Below, piece by piece: positions 49,434 to 61,000 of a DNA stretch of 64,000 bases. The notes under the pieces are model-generated. The model was not told the origin of the DNA and made no database searches. It saw nothing but the letters and a program-made list of their open reading frames with translations. The stretch is from Lepidodermella squamata (taxonomy: Eukaryota; Animalia; Gastrotricha): NCBI GenBank assembly GCA_047495785.1, contig JBLDXI010000024.1, positions 62,001 through 126,000 of the forward strand, written 5' to 3'. The position numbers and the translations under genes were made by a program. How positions within the stretch are numbered: the first letter of the stretch is position 1; each line of letters begins with the position of its first letter.

Positions 49434-51416
49434 TCACAATCGCGATTGAAGGAGTTTCCATGCTTTTTCAACTTGATATTGGGTAACCGATCGCCTCCAC
49501 AGCGTGGATATAACGACGTGGGATCGAGGCACGCGTTGGAGATTGGACATCTGAGCAGCCATGCGTTGTTTTGCTGCATCTTCAGTCAACTTGTCTCGAA
49601 CCATGACGCGCTTCAACTCCTGCAAAACGAAAGTTACGCTAAATGCGATTAGCTAGTGAAAAGGAGCGTGAACACTGACCGTTTCGGGTGGGACAACACA
49701 CAGCCATATTTCATGGAAATTCATGTCCCAGTTGGCTTCAAGCAGTACAGCCGCATTGACCACAACTACGGATCTTTTAGGTGGTTCGGCGTTTTGCTCG
49801 AGAAAGCGAGCTTCATCCGCCAAGGCAATATCGTCAATAATGCCATTTAGCCGGTCGGCGATTTTCGGCCACGTGATGTTGCAAAGATCAGCTAAAGCAG
49901 CCTTGTCACCAAATACAACTGAGCCCAATTTCCGACGGTCGATTTCGCCGGTTTGTTCATTGACTATTTCTTTGCCAAATCGAAAAATTATCTCATTGAA
50001 AGCGGGGCTCTCCTTCTGGTAGACTTCATGACCTGGAAATTAGATGCAAAAAATTGCGATGGGGCTAAAACCTAGCCAAACGTACCGAGTTTATCACAAT
50101 CAACAATTTTTGCTCCTAGTTTTTCTAACCTAGCGCTGATACTTGTTTTCCCGCTCGCTATTCCACCAGTAAGACCAATGACGTATGGGCGTTTCACGCC
50201 AGGTTTTTCCGGCAATTTTTCGCCAGATCGCGAGGGATTCACAGGGCGTAATAGCTCGCCAAGCATATTGAATCGTTGGGTTGAACTACTGACTTTGCAC
50301 TCCTCTTCAATCGGAGACTTGGGAACGTCGCCATCTATGCCGTCCTCTTCAGCGCGGCCAACAACAGGTACAAAGAAATTTTCAGGAGCTGCCTGGCCAA
50401 CAAGATCAATAACATGAATATGCGCAGGAGGTAAGCCCTGTAGAAAAATGGTCTCAAAGAGATTTGTTAGGTAAAAAAAGAAGGTTGATACTTTTTTGAT
50501 TCGTTCTTCGTTTACGCGCTCGCCGCCGCGCAGAGTTTCTTGGCTAACAACTAGGACATCCAAGTTTTCGATCACAGTGGACGGTCCAAACGGATCGACA
50601 ATAGGAACGACATTCGCATCAATACTAGGATCGATGTCGTTGACAAATTGTTTCACCTCGGAAATTCGCTTTTCGACAGGATCAATCAATTCACACAGCG
50701 TTTTTTCTACGAAACAGCCAAATTTTAATGGCTATTGATTTTTGGCTATTGAAAATCTTACTAGCTATCATCGGCCCGGTTGTCACGCCTATGGTAAGGC
50801 GATGCGAACAGGCTAAACAAGCCGTAGTCAGAAGTTGCTTGTGGCCGGCATGCAGTCGGTCAAAAGTTCCACCCAGGCAAACCTCGGCGTGTTTTCGGAA
50901 GCCAACTTTCGAGGCGACCCCACCATTTTCGCCATCGCTAGTGGTCGGCGTCAATATTCCATCAAACTCGGCCCGTTTGACGGAAAATCGCCGCCCAATC
51001 AGCGATGTTAAGCTGGATTCCGAAAATTGTCTTGGACTGTTTTCGCCAGTTGAGTTGTACAAGTAAACACTCTCAACTTGATCCACCTCAAGGCGACTTG
51101 GTGGTGTCTCGCGTTTTTCAGGGTTTGGCAGAAGAAACCGAGTTTCGTAATTAGCACCGCTAAGCGTTGAATTACTGTATATAGCCCCACTCAAATTTGC
51201 CAAAGTTGCGAACATGTCAGCATTGCCTTTCAAGTGATTGTCATCTGCACATAAATACAACACCTTTTTGGAACCACTGGCAGCGACTGAACTGGTCGGT
51301 ATGAGCTTTTCAACGATAGGCTGAACAACCGTTTCTGAAGCTGTCCGAACAGATTGCAGAGCTTTGGCGCCACATTTAATATAGACGAGCCAAGATGAGC
51401 CTACTCCGACTACCAT
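49434..51416 (-). CDS. COASY: Bifunctional coenzyme A synthase (phosphopantetheine adenylyltransferase + dephospho-CoA kinase)
   Basis: LGGTFDRLHAGHK (HxGH), DPFGP, VVSQET.RGG, KVSSS, then IGLTGGIASGKT P-loop, DCDKLG, A..R...Q.SN. Confidence 0.95.
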
Positions 51417-52488
51417 GTCACAGAAATGTAAAATTGGCTCTACTATGTTAAACAAAACAAAAAGCGGCCGTGAAATTGCATCTTTATTATAATAATTATT
51501 ATTTTATAAAACATTTTCCATGTTCCATTGTGCCGATATGCGAAAAATCGGACCAAGATAAACGCGTTTCTTCATTACATTTAGTCATCAAGGTATAAAT
51601 AGCGATAATTCTCACATTTACAAGGCGTATTTTACAAGAGAAAAGAATGAAATCTTCGCCTTCAGGACGAATTAAGCAAGCTGGCAAGACAAAAATAAGG
51701 ATGATTTTTTATTGCTGTATTTATCCGATTTCCATTAGGACAGGGCAATATTTTACAAGTTAAAACACTCACTTAGATGATCTCTTTCGTTGCTGCATTT
51801 TACAAACAATAAAATTTTATCCGCATCTGATAACAAGGTACGCATAAATAACACATTTTTCATTCAATATTGCATGACCGATATGCAAATGCATTCGGTA
51901 ACGGTCGGCGCTGAAAATAAGCGAGGTCGGTAAGTCGGATGAAGAAAATTCGCGTAAGTAAATAAAAATAATGAGACATTTCTAGGTTCTTGAAGGCATT
52001 GCGTGCAATTCAGCTACAAGACAGTAAAAGAAAATCTTGACGCGAATGTAGCTTCCATCAAGTCGATTGCACCATGGGCAAAAAAGGGGCAAAGTCAAAG
52101 TTCGATAAAAGCATCGAAACTTGATGATATCAGTAGCAAGTAGATATCTCAAAATTGAGCCCGTAGTTTTCGAAGGAATACGATTGTACCTGAATTGATT
52201 GACAATTCATTAAACAGATACAGTAGATGAATTTGCGAAAAAATAACTGGAATATTGGATTAAAAACGAAGATCGAACTGGAATGTGGACAGAGCCACGA
52301 TTGCATTTTATGGAAAAAAATCACAATTATGATAAATATTAAATAAATCGGAATCCAACGTTGCACAAAGGCGATCCGATCACATTTTACACGCTATGGT
52401 TGAGCCTGACCACGCATCGTTTTGTTCATTTGAAGGCATTTAGATCACGTCGAGATGAAGCAACAAAGATCGAACATGTGGATTGTCG

Positions 52489-55400
52489 TTATTCACGCAC
52501 TTGGTTCAGAGGTCTGCAGGCCTGTCTCCCCCACGCTGACGTAGCGCTTCTCTTCAGGCGGAACTTTCTTGAGCCGAGCAACAGTTCCGCCATCCCTGAT
52601 AGCGTTCAAAATCTGGTCACGCGGGCTTTCGAGTTTCGCCGCCGCCGAGACAGGGCGAGGCTTTGAGCCGCTGTTGACCGATCTCGACGAATTGGATGAG
52701 GCGCTTGAAACCGGAGGGCTCCTCGCGGTCGCGGATGAGTTTGAAACAGATGGCGACGTAAATTCGATGGTTCCAGAGTCCGCAGCTGAAGATGACGAAG
52801 GCGATTCAACCGAGACGCCAGGAAGAGGCCGCGCGCCATTCGCCTTCTTAATTTCTATAAAAAAAACAGTAAATGGTCGCAGGGAGTTGAAATCGCCAAT
52901 TACCTGATGGTTTCAACATTCCTGCACCGGGAGGAAGAGGTGGTGGTGGCGGCGGCGCGGGCGGAGCAGGCGCGTTCGTTTTATTCTGATTGGTTACTTC
53001 AGTTTTCTCGGCAATGGGTGGCTTCGAAAACGATGAAGTCCTATCCGGAGATGAAAGAGCCGAACCGTCTGCTATGCCTGATATTGAATTCGACCCAAAC
53101 GACGGGACAAACGGTCGAGGTGTAAAAAGGCTCGCGCGTTTTGTCTATTTTTGAGAGATAGAAAATTAAATTCTCATCACGTGCTTCATATTAAGTTTTT
53201 AAAAGGCTTGAAATAATAATAAACATGCTCAAGTTGTTAAAATAAAATGAAGCTTATTAAAATTGTTAAGTAATCCTGGAAATTAAGTGCGTTAAATGAC
53301 GTTAATGAAGCGTTTGTTTGTTTGGAAAAAGCGCGGCGAAACAATTAAACAGCAATTGAAGAGGAAAATAATGAATAAAATTATCGCCGGAAAGAAGGGC
53401 ATACCAAAGCAAGACGAATTTCAGCACTGTTCTGATTCTGAGCGCTATTCTCCGCCTGTTTTAATCACACATCACATCAAAATAGATGCAGGGTTTGAAA
53501 ACAACAACTAAAAGCCACTATTAGGAGTTGACTATCAGAAATCATACAAATTATTATATACGGTTGACTAACCTTGCCAACTTGCGGTTCGAAATTCTCC
53601 TCGGCGTTTTCATTCGATAAGGCTGCGGAAAAAGGTGTTGATGTTTTAGGTGCAGGCATGATCTGGGAAGTGTTCGGAGTGAAAGCTTCATTCTTTTGTG
53701 TAGCAGTTCGCTGCACACTAAAGATAAGATGCGAAGAAAATATATTAATAAGCTTGAAAAACTTGTAATTTTATACTTTTCAGATTTATCAACCGACGGC
53801 TTGGCAGGAAGGTCTGGTTTGTTAACGTTTAGCGAAGCCATTGGTAACGTATTACAGTTCCGTTCAGCCGGAGACGGCTTTCCAGTCGCAGCAGATGACG
53901 CCACAGCGACAGAGGAGGAAGATCCGACGTTGGCCGTGAAGCTCTGTTGACGAAGGCCAGCTAGAATAGTAGACTCGCTTAATAGACTGGCTGTGTCTTT
54001 CACTTTTCCACCGCCAATAACCTTGGTCCGCTTAGCAACACTTGAAATATCATATCCGCTTCTGATTCGAATAACATTTCGCGAAGCTGGATCTCCGTCA
54101 ATGGAGTTAATTTGAACTTCCGTACAAGATAACACCCTCGATGATTTAGATTTCAATGAAATTTCGCCGAATTTCGGCGACTCATCACGCTGTGTAACTG
54201 AGCTTTGCGAATCGGTCGTTTCAAGAATATCGTCGGAGGCTAAAGAATTGGTGCCACTTGGAGGCATAGGGGAGTTAACCGATGAGGAATGGGACGCTAT
54301 ATCCATATCACTATGATCTTTGGTTGTTGATGGCGGTGGGGATTCAACGACAGGTACGTTACTTATCATCGGCGCGGAGATTGACTTATCACGTACTTCA
54401 TCGGTACCAAGTGAAGCGGTATATACTCTCTCTTCGGCAACAGCAACAGTTACAACATGGCATGGTTGCGATGGGATGTAAGATGAAGCTACAGCGTATT
54501 CGCATTGAGAGACTGATTGAACAGAACAAGCGGCATCTTCATAAACTTCATTAGCAACTGTTTCGAATCCAGCCTTGACGTAAACTGGATTTTCTATAAT
54601 TCGCGCAGTTTTCGGGGTCGGAACCAATGCACCAACAGGAGCTTTCGGCTCAGCAATGCTACCATGAGTAGCCTCGCGTATGCTAGATAACTCAAGGGCC
54701 GCAACAGTGGAACCAGATAAATTTTGAATAGTAGATTCTGATGTAGAGTCAGATGAGGGAACTGACACCTTGGTGACAAGCCCAGGCTTCGGAGCGAGTC
54801 TCTTCTTAGTTCCAGTATTGCTGGCACTGTCGTTCGGTGAAGCAGCAGAAGAAGATTTCTCCATCGTTCCTTCACTGGGAACTGAGCTACCACTGCGGTC
54901 TGGTGGCGTCGGCGCGCGATACTTTTTGTTGAAGTTAACTCGTGGAAGAGGCGTGTTCCCATCTTTAATTTCTTGAAGGGTTCCTGGTGGCGCAGTTTGC
55001 TGCTTAAGCCTGGAAGATTCGTTTCCCATTCTTAATTGATCAAGATTGTTTTCTTGATCAAGAGACAGGTCATGGTGACTTCTAAAAAGAGACGGCTGAG
55101 GTTGATAGGTTGCCGGGCGCGTGTCACTGATGTCGAAGGTTGATATAGCTCGAGTTGGCTTCCTTTTCCGATTTTTACCCTAAATAAAACCAACAAGGCT
55201 AGAGAAGAACCTCGAGGATAGAATCAAACAACTTACGAAGCGAAATATTCTTGAGAAAAAACGCCGAATTTTCCCAGATTTCATCTTTTTCTGAGGATCG
55301 CTGACAAGAGCATCAGCCATCTCTTCAACTCGGCGCGAAGAAATTCCTAAAATAAAACATTGATTAACGCAACCAAAATAAAACTGATCTGGGCAAGCAT

Positions 55401-58082
55401 TAATTGCACAATGAGATTCAATAATATCAAATACAAGATTGTAGTATTCATAGCATGGGGGTGGATATTGGTAATAGTAGGCCGGCTTCCTACAGTGACC
55501 TATTTGACCATCTCTCATCGCAAGTAATGAAGTTATAAACATGAGAGCGTCCGTAAGCCAAAAAAGCTATCTTTGATAAAGCGAAAAATTAATACATCAT
55601 CAAGTGCAGCTGATGACGCTTAGGCATTAGGCACCCAATTGCCGAGGGCAGACCACGGCAGATGGGCTAAACTTCAAAGGTTTTAAGATTTGAAAAGTTA
55701 CCGCGCAAACGCGGGCTAAACATTTTTCTGCCAAAAATGTAATTTAATTTTATATAGCAGCAATATTTATTAATGAGATGAAAATCCTGATACAATTTTA
55801 GCCGAATGTTTTCGTGAAGAAAATTTTCATTTTTGTTGGATGGAAGGTGCGGCGCCTAGAGTGGTCAGGGACCAGGAAGAAAACTATCCGGCTTTTACGC
55901 TGCAAGTTTTTCCTGTATAAGCTTTAAATAAGCTATAGATCAACACAACTGCGATGTACGCTGCGGTTTTGCAGAAAGAATAAAGCAAGACATTTTAAAG
56001 GAATGCAAGCGGCAAATCGTTCAACTTGGAGACTAGTCGATTAGAGGGCATGTGAGCGAAACATACGGCAGTGAATTAAACGAGCAGAAATCACATCCCA
56101 AGAGTCATCTCCTAAAATGATATACCAATAAGTTACTAATAAGAATCATGGCTCCGCTTTCGAATAAAACTTCGATGACGTCCAATGCTCGCCCTGGTAT
56201 CGCACCTTAGCTTCAATCTAATGCTGAAATGATTATGCTAAAGTTTAATCCGAAGGGGCCCGAACCCCACCAAATGGTTTGCTTATGCTAAACATTACAA
56301 GTCTCCGGTCTTCAATGTTTAGAAAAGCACTATGGCATAGTTAAGAGTTAAGATGTAATTTTATGACGGCTACATATAGGCTACTCATTATCGCTTTGTT
56401 AACATGGTCTGAAGGCAAGGAGGGGGTACAATTTTCCTTGGGAAGTCAGGAGAAAACAATGCATTCGCAATGACGCTGTGGAAAAAGCAGAAAACAATCT
56501 AATTCTCGGCGATATGCTTGTTTAACGGTAAAACAACCATGTATACCCTAAGCAGTTCTTATTTATTATTTTTAAGTAGATTTGCGCGCATTTTCGCGCA
56601 ATATTGACGGAAAGATTGGAGTTCTCTTACATTGTAGTTACTTCTAAGACTTGTTGTAAAAAATGGCGCAAACCGCAATGAGGTATCAATATAAACACCA
56701 ACTCTTCAGTAAACAAAATAAGGACTGCTAAAGGACCAATAATAGCAACCAAAAGAGTGCGCAACTTACCTCTGGGTAGCACAACGATCGTCATGCTATT
56801 GACCACGCTACTGCGGCCGTGCGATGAAGAAAGCGCAGTAAGTGGCTGGCCTTGCTTCGCGAAATCGTTATAAGAAAGCAGTTTGTTGAGATTTTTCAGT
56901 TGAACCATTTGTGGCCCAGTATTCATAGACTTGAGTGCTGAACTTCTCGGCCGTGTCCACAGCCACAATTCCCAATCGCGCCAGTTGAGACCATGCCGGT
57001 CGCAAATAAAAAACAGTAATTCGATAACAGCTATGGTTTCAGGCACCCAGAATTTGCGGCTGATGCAGTCATACAACGTAAAATCTTCTTCATTATAATG
57101 ATTAGGTGACATGATAGGCAAACGAGCGTTCAAGTAAATGTGATGTTCCTATAAAAACAAAAGTTATTGAAAAGCAAGACCCATAAAATTCATCTGAAAA
57201 AACGTACCCTGTTTCCTGTAGCTTGGTCGAGAACGGAGGCTGAGTTCCGAACAAACAGATGCACGCAGTTGTGGCGCAGCTGGTCCATGGTCACGTTCGC
57301 TTTAAGGAGACGGTAGCATAAAGTGTCGAAGTCGAATTGATAAGATTTGTAGTCGGAAACTACGAATCGCTTGCTGGCAGCAACACGTACCATCATATCC
57401 ATGACGGTCAGACTTTAAAATAACAAGCAAAAGCAAAATTAGCAATTGATTCGAGCTAGGAAAAACGGATGCAATCGCGCCTTTCTTATCAGCCCTAAAG
57501 GTGGCTTAAAGGTGGGTGAATTTACCTGTCTTCGAAAGGCAACGTCAGCTTGTCAAGAATAGACGGATCTTGGGGATGTTCGACGAAGATGAATAGTAAG
57601 CAAGACGATCCGGAGGAAGACGGTGGGGTCATAGGTATACCGGAGTGGGCTGGCGTGTGCTCCTCGTCACGCGCCGGCTTTTTCGCAGTGGAAAACGCCG
57701 CTGAACAAGCTGCCTTTGACATATCCGCAGTGTAGTGCTGTTTTTCGCGGTAGTTGGACGCTAGATAGCAATTACCGTTGCGCATTAGCGACGGCACAAG
57801 GTAGTCTTCCTCAATTATTTCATCCTCTTCGTCGGGCGGAGTCAAGTGCGATGCATCCTCGTCGCCGTCCTCGCCGCCGTAGAACTCGTCGGCGTAGAAC
57901 TGGTGCAGATGCCGCCGGCTGTCGTAGTCGACCGCATCGTCATAGGCAACTGGCTCTTCGGCTGTCACGCCCGCCGCCCCAGCGTAATAGCGCGGCTCAG
58001 GCGGTGCGTTTTTTCGGTAGGAATGATGGCCAACATCGGTATAAGCCCCTCGACTGTCACCCCTTCGAACTTGCTGTAACAT
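52489..58082 (-). CDS. Cordon-bleu-like actin regulator: putative ubiquitin-like/RBD region, KRAP-type motifs, poly-Pro, C-terminal WH2; includes a 1423-nt intron (55347-56769)
   Basis: Phase-compatible splices join ORFs 57522-58082, 57190-57402, 56627-57133, 55237-55346 and 53554-55179. Motifs KKYRAPTPP and KKRLAPKP, PAPPPPPPLPP, and WH2 RDQILNAIRDGGTVARLKKV. TAA 52489-52491. Confidence 0.65.
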
Positions 58083-61000
58083 GGTTCGAAGGTTACAACA
58101 GCCACGGTTACAATTTTTTAAACGATAACGAAGGCAGCCGAAGTCAAATTTATTTCAATTAAAGTCTATAATAAATTAGTAAAAAAAAAATTTGATGGGG
58201 AAAAGGATTGCATTCGGGAAACAGGCCGAATTAATATCAAAGATTTGATGATGCTTATATTAAGATGGACAAGACGATTGTAAAAGAGTATAAATAAATA
58301 CTTGACGAGGCGCGAACCGGCAGGCGGTCGCGGTCGTCGGCGATATTTACGCGCGCTAAATGTAGCTAAAAACAACATCTTTAGAATAAGGTGGAACGGG
58401 GCGATGCAGTGATGTTCATCTCGGAGACAATTTATCACACTTGAATATTAATAAACAGAACAATGTTTTCACGCGCTCGAATTGTGAAGTATTTATTGAG
58501 TTTTGTTTTTCGTTCGTACAAACGCAGCGGCGTTCAAGTCGTTGCAAAAACACAGTCGCCGCGCATTCAATAGCCGAGAGCAGAAAATGCCGAAGCTGTT
58601 ATAGGCGTGCTTATTTTGCGGCGGAATTTCCAAGAAAATAATGCGTCGCCTAAGTTCAGGCTAAGAAAAGATGGCTATTTTTGTTGCAACAACGCAAAAA
58701 TTGTGAGGCATCGCAAAAACATGCAACCGCAACAACAACAGCTGAGTAAGTGATATATCAAGTAGGTGGACTGTATGTTATTTTTACGACGGTTTAACTG
58801 TGCCTTCACCGCGCAGTGATTTAATGCAGCGAAAAGCGAAGGTACACGTGAATAATTGCTTATATAGGTATATCACGCCGCTATTACCACCAACTTGAAA
58901 ACTGAAAACATATTACATTACGGCGTACAATTTTCAAGTAAACAAGTCAGCCGTTGGGTGTTTTGGGCCCGTTAAAGGTATTTCGTATGGTAGAAATATA
59001 AGACGACGCCAACGAGACAGCCGAGAAATATCAAACCAGTTAGTGAGTACTAGACTCAATCTTGTAATATAAGCAATAAAATAGTAATATAAGGGCCAAA
59101 GAGATCAAGTGAGAGAGGAGTGGATGTGGTTATTATATTCGCGCTGACCATGTTTGCGCGGCACTTTGTCGTTACCGCAAGAGCGGGTAAAAACCAGAGC
59201 GTCGCGCACTACTATTTTCGACCCTCGACAACTTTTTGCGACGCTATCGAGAGGCTATTTCTACTCGGTGTTTTACAATAAGATTCTTCGTACTCCTAGG
59301 TTATACAGGTGTGTGTAAGTATAATATGGAATGGCAAGAAGTCGCCGCTTGCGCTTGTACACACGGCGGACGGCGGATTTTTGGCCGCCATCAGAATTGT
59401 TGTTTTTAGTGGTTTTATTTGCCAACACATCCCATTCCTATTGCGGATATCTTAAACGCGAGGCAGTAGGGAAGATACGCGCTGGTGGCGGAGGCGAAAA
59501 GTGAGACCCGAACGCGACTGTCATATTATATAGCCACGGCGCGTGGCACACCGATACCATATGTCGGCAAAAATGGGAAAAAATAAGTTCTGAATAATAA
59601 TCATAATAACGCATCTCTCTCTGCGCGGACTGTAAGGACATCAACGATATTTAAATTGTACCCGTAGATATTTTCACGCGCTGCCGAACAAAATAATAAA
59701 AAATACGCTACATCACCACATCACCATGGTTTATGGCTGCGTGTGAAATTAATATCACCTGCCTTAATGAAATTTGCCAAAAACTGGTTTAAAAACATTC
59801 ACGTGTTGGGCTGAGGAAACACTCGCGAAAAAAAGTTTTCCTAGATCAAGCAGATTTTATGCCAAGGCACACGCTCAAGTCGAACGCGTGTTCAATTTGA
59901 GAAAAACACGTGTCGTTGCGTAATTCTAAAATTTATGACAAGTGCTTTTGTGCTGTCACCTAAACAAAATTGCGAGCAAAAGGGAAGGTTTCACCGCCAT
60001 GAGGTGCAGTCATGTCGTAATTATAAGCAGTAAATACAAACACAATATTTTTCACCTGATGTCCATACTTGTTTCCAATGGATGTAATACAACAGTTATA
60101 TCGCCATCTTGGGTGAGGAAAATAAATGAGAGGAGCAAGGTTAAGTTGGAAAGGTATGCATGCGCTTGACTCGTTTAGGGTGTGATGCCAGGCTAGTATG
60201 TCGCCGGTCATATTTGAATGTAAGTAATAGGCGTCTAATACTTGATAATATACAACCGAGGAGCAAATAAACGCAAGGCCGGCTGCTGATGTTTACAAAT
60301 AATAAACATGCGGCATTAAAATCTATAATAACGCGACTCGACTCGAACAATATCCTTCCCGTTTTTCTGAAAGAAAGGTAAAACGCATCCGTTCAGCGCC
60401 CGCCATTCAGCCTTCAAGTCTTTGTTTACTTATACATTTAGCGGCTATAAAATGAAAATAATGAGGTAAAAAAGAGAAGGCGGGATCTCGTGAATTCCGC
60501 TTTCTTCACGTTGACCTCCTTAAATAGATGTTATTGTTTTTCGACAAAAATTTAAATGAAAATTGAGCAATGTCTACAGGATGTGAGAGACGTATAAAAA
60601 GGGTAGAAATGAGAAACTGGCGAGGAATTATTATTAAAAAAAAGTTAGTACATCGCCCACGCAAAATATGCTTGTCACGCATGAACTATACCGAGTTGCG
60701 CAGTTACTTTAACCTGATTGCAATGATGCGCAGGTATCTCTGGGATGTATCTCTGCGAAAGCATGCGGCGGGCCGGGAAGTCGCGCAGTAATGCTGGCGC
60801 TAAACGGGAAGCTCGATGTTTTATTGACGGTATCATGAGCCGTGTTTGCAGAGGCGTATATTAATAACATTATGCTACTGTATTAATTACAACATTGTCA
60901 ACTGCTGTAATGGTGGCGTCTTTGTTTTGGCCATACGTTTGTTGTCGATGCGGCGCATTATTGGGTGCATAAAAACGTGCGTCAAACATGTCAAACAGCG

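Noticed and set aside
47187-51416. INSIG-COASY adjacency as a lipid-metabolism cluster
   Set aside because: Two co-oriented housekeeping genes in a compact genome are not evidence of functional clustering without synteny data.
53554-55029. MGNESS start looks like an N-myristoylation motif of a stand-alone gene
   Set aside because: The frame is open upstream to a splice acceptor at 55179/55180, so this Met is probably internal to the Cobl-like protein.
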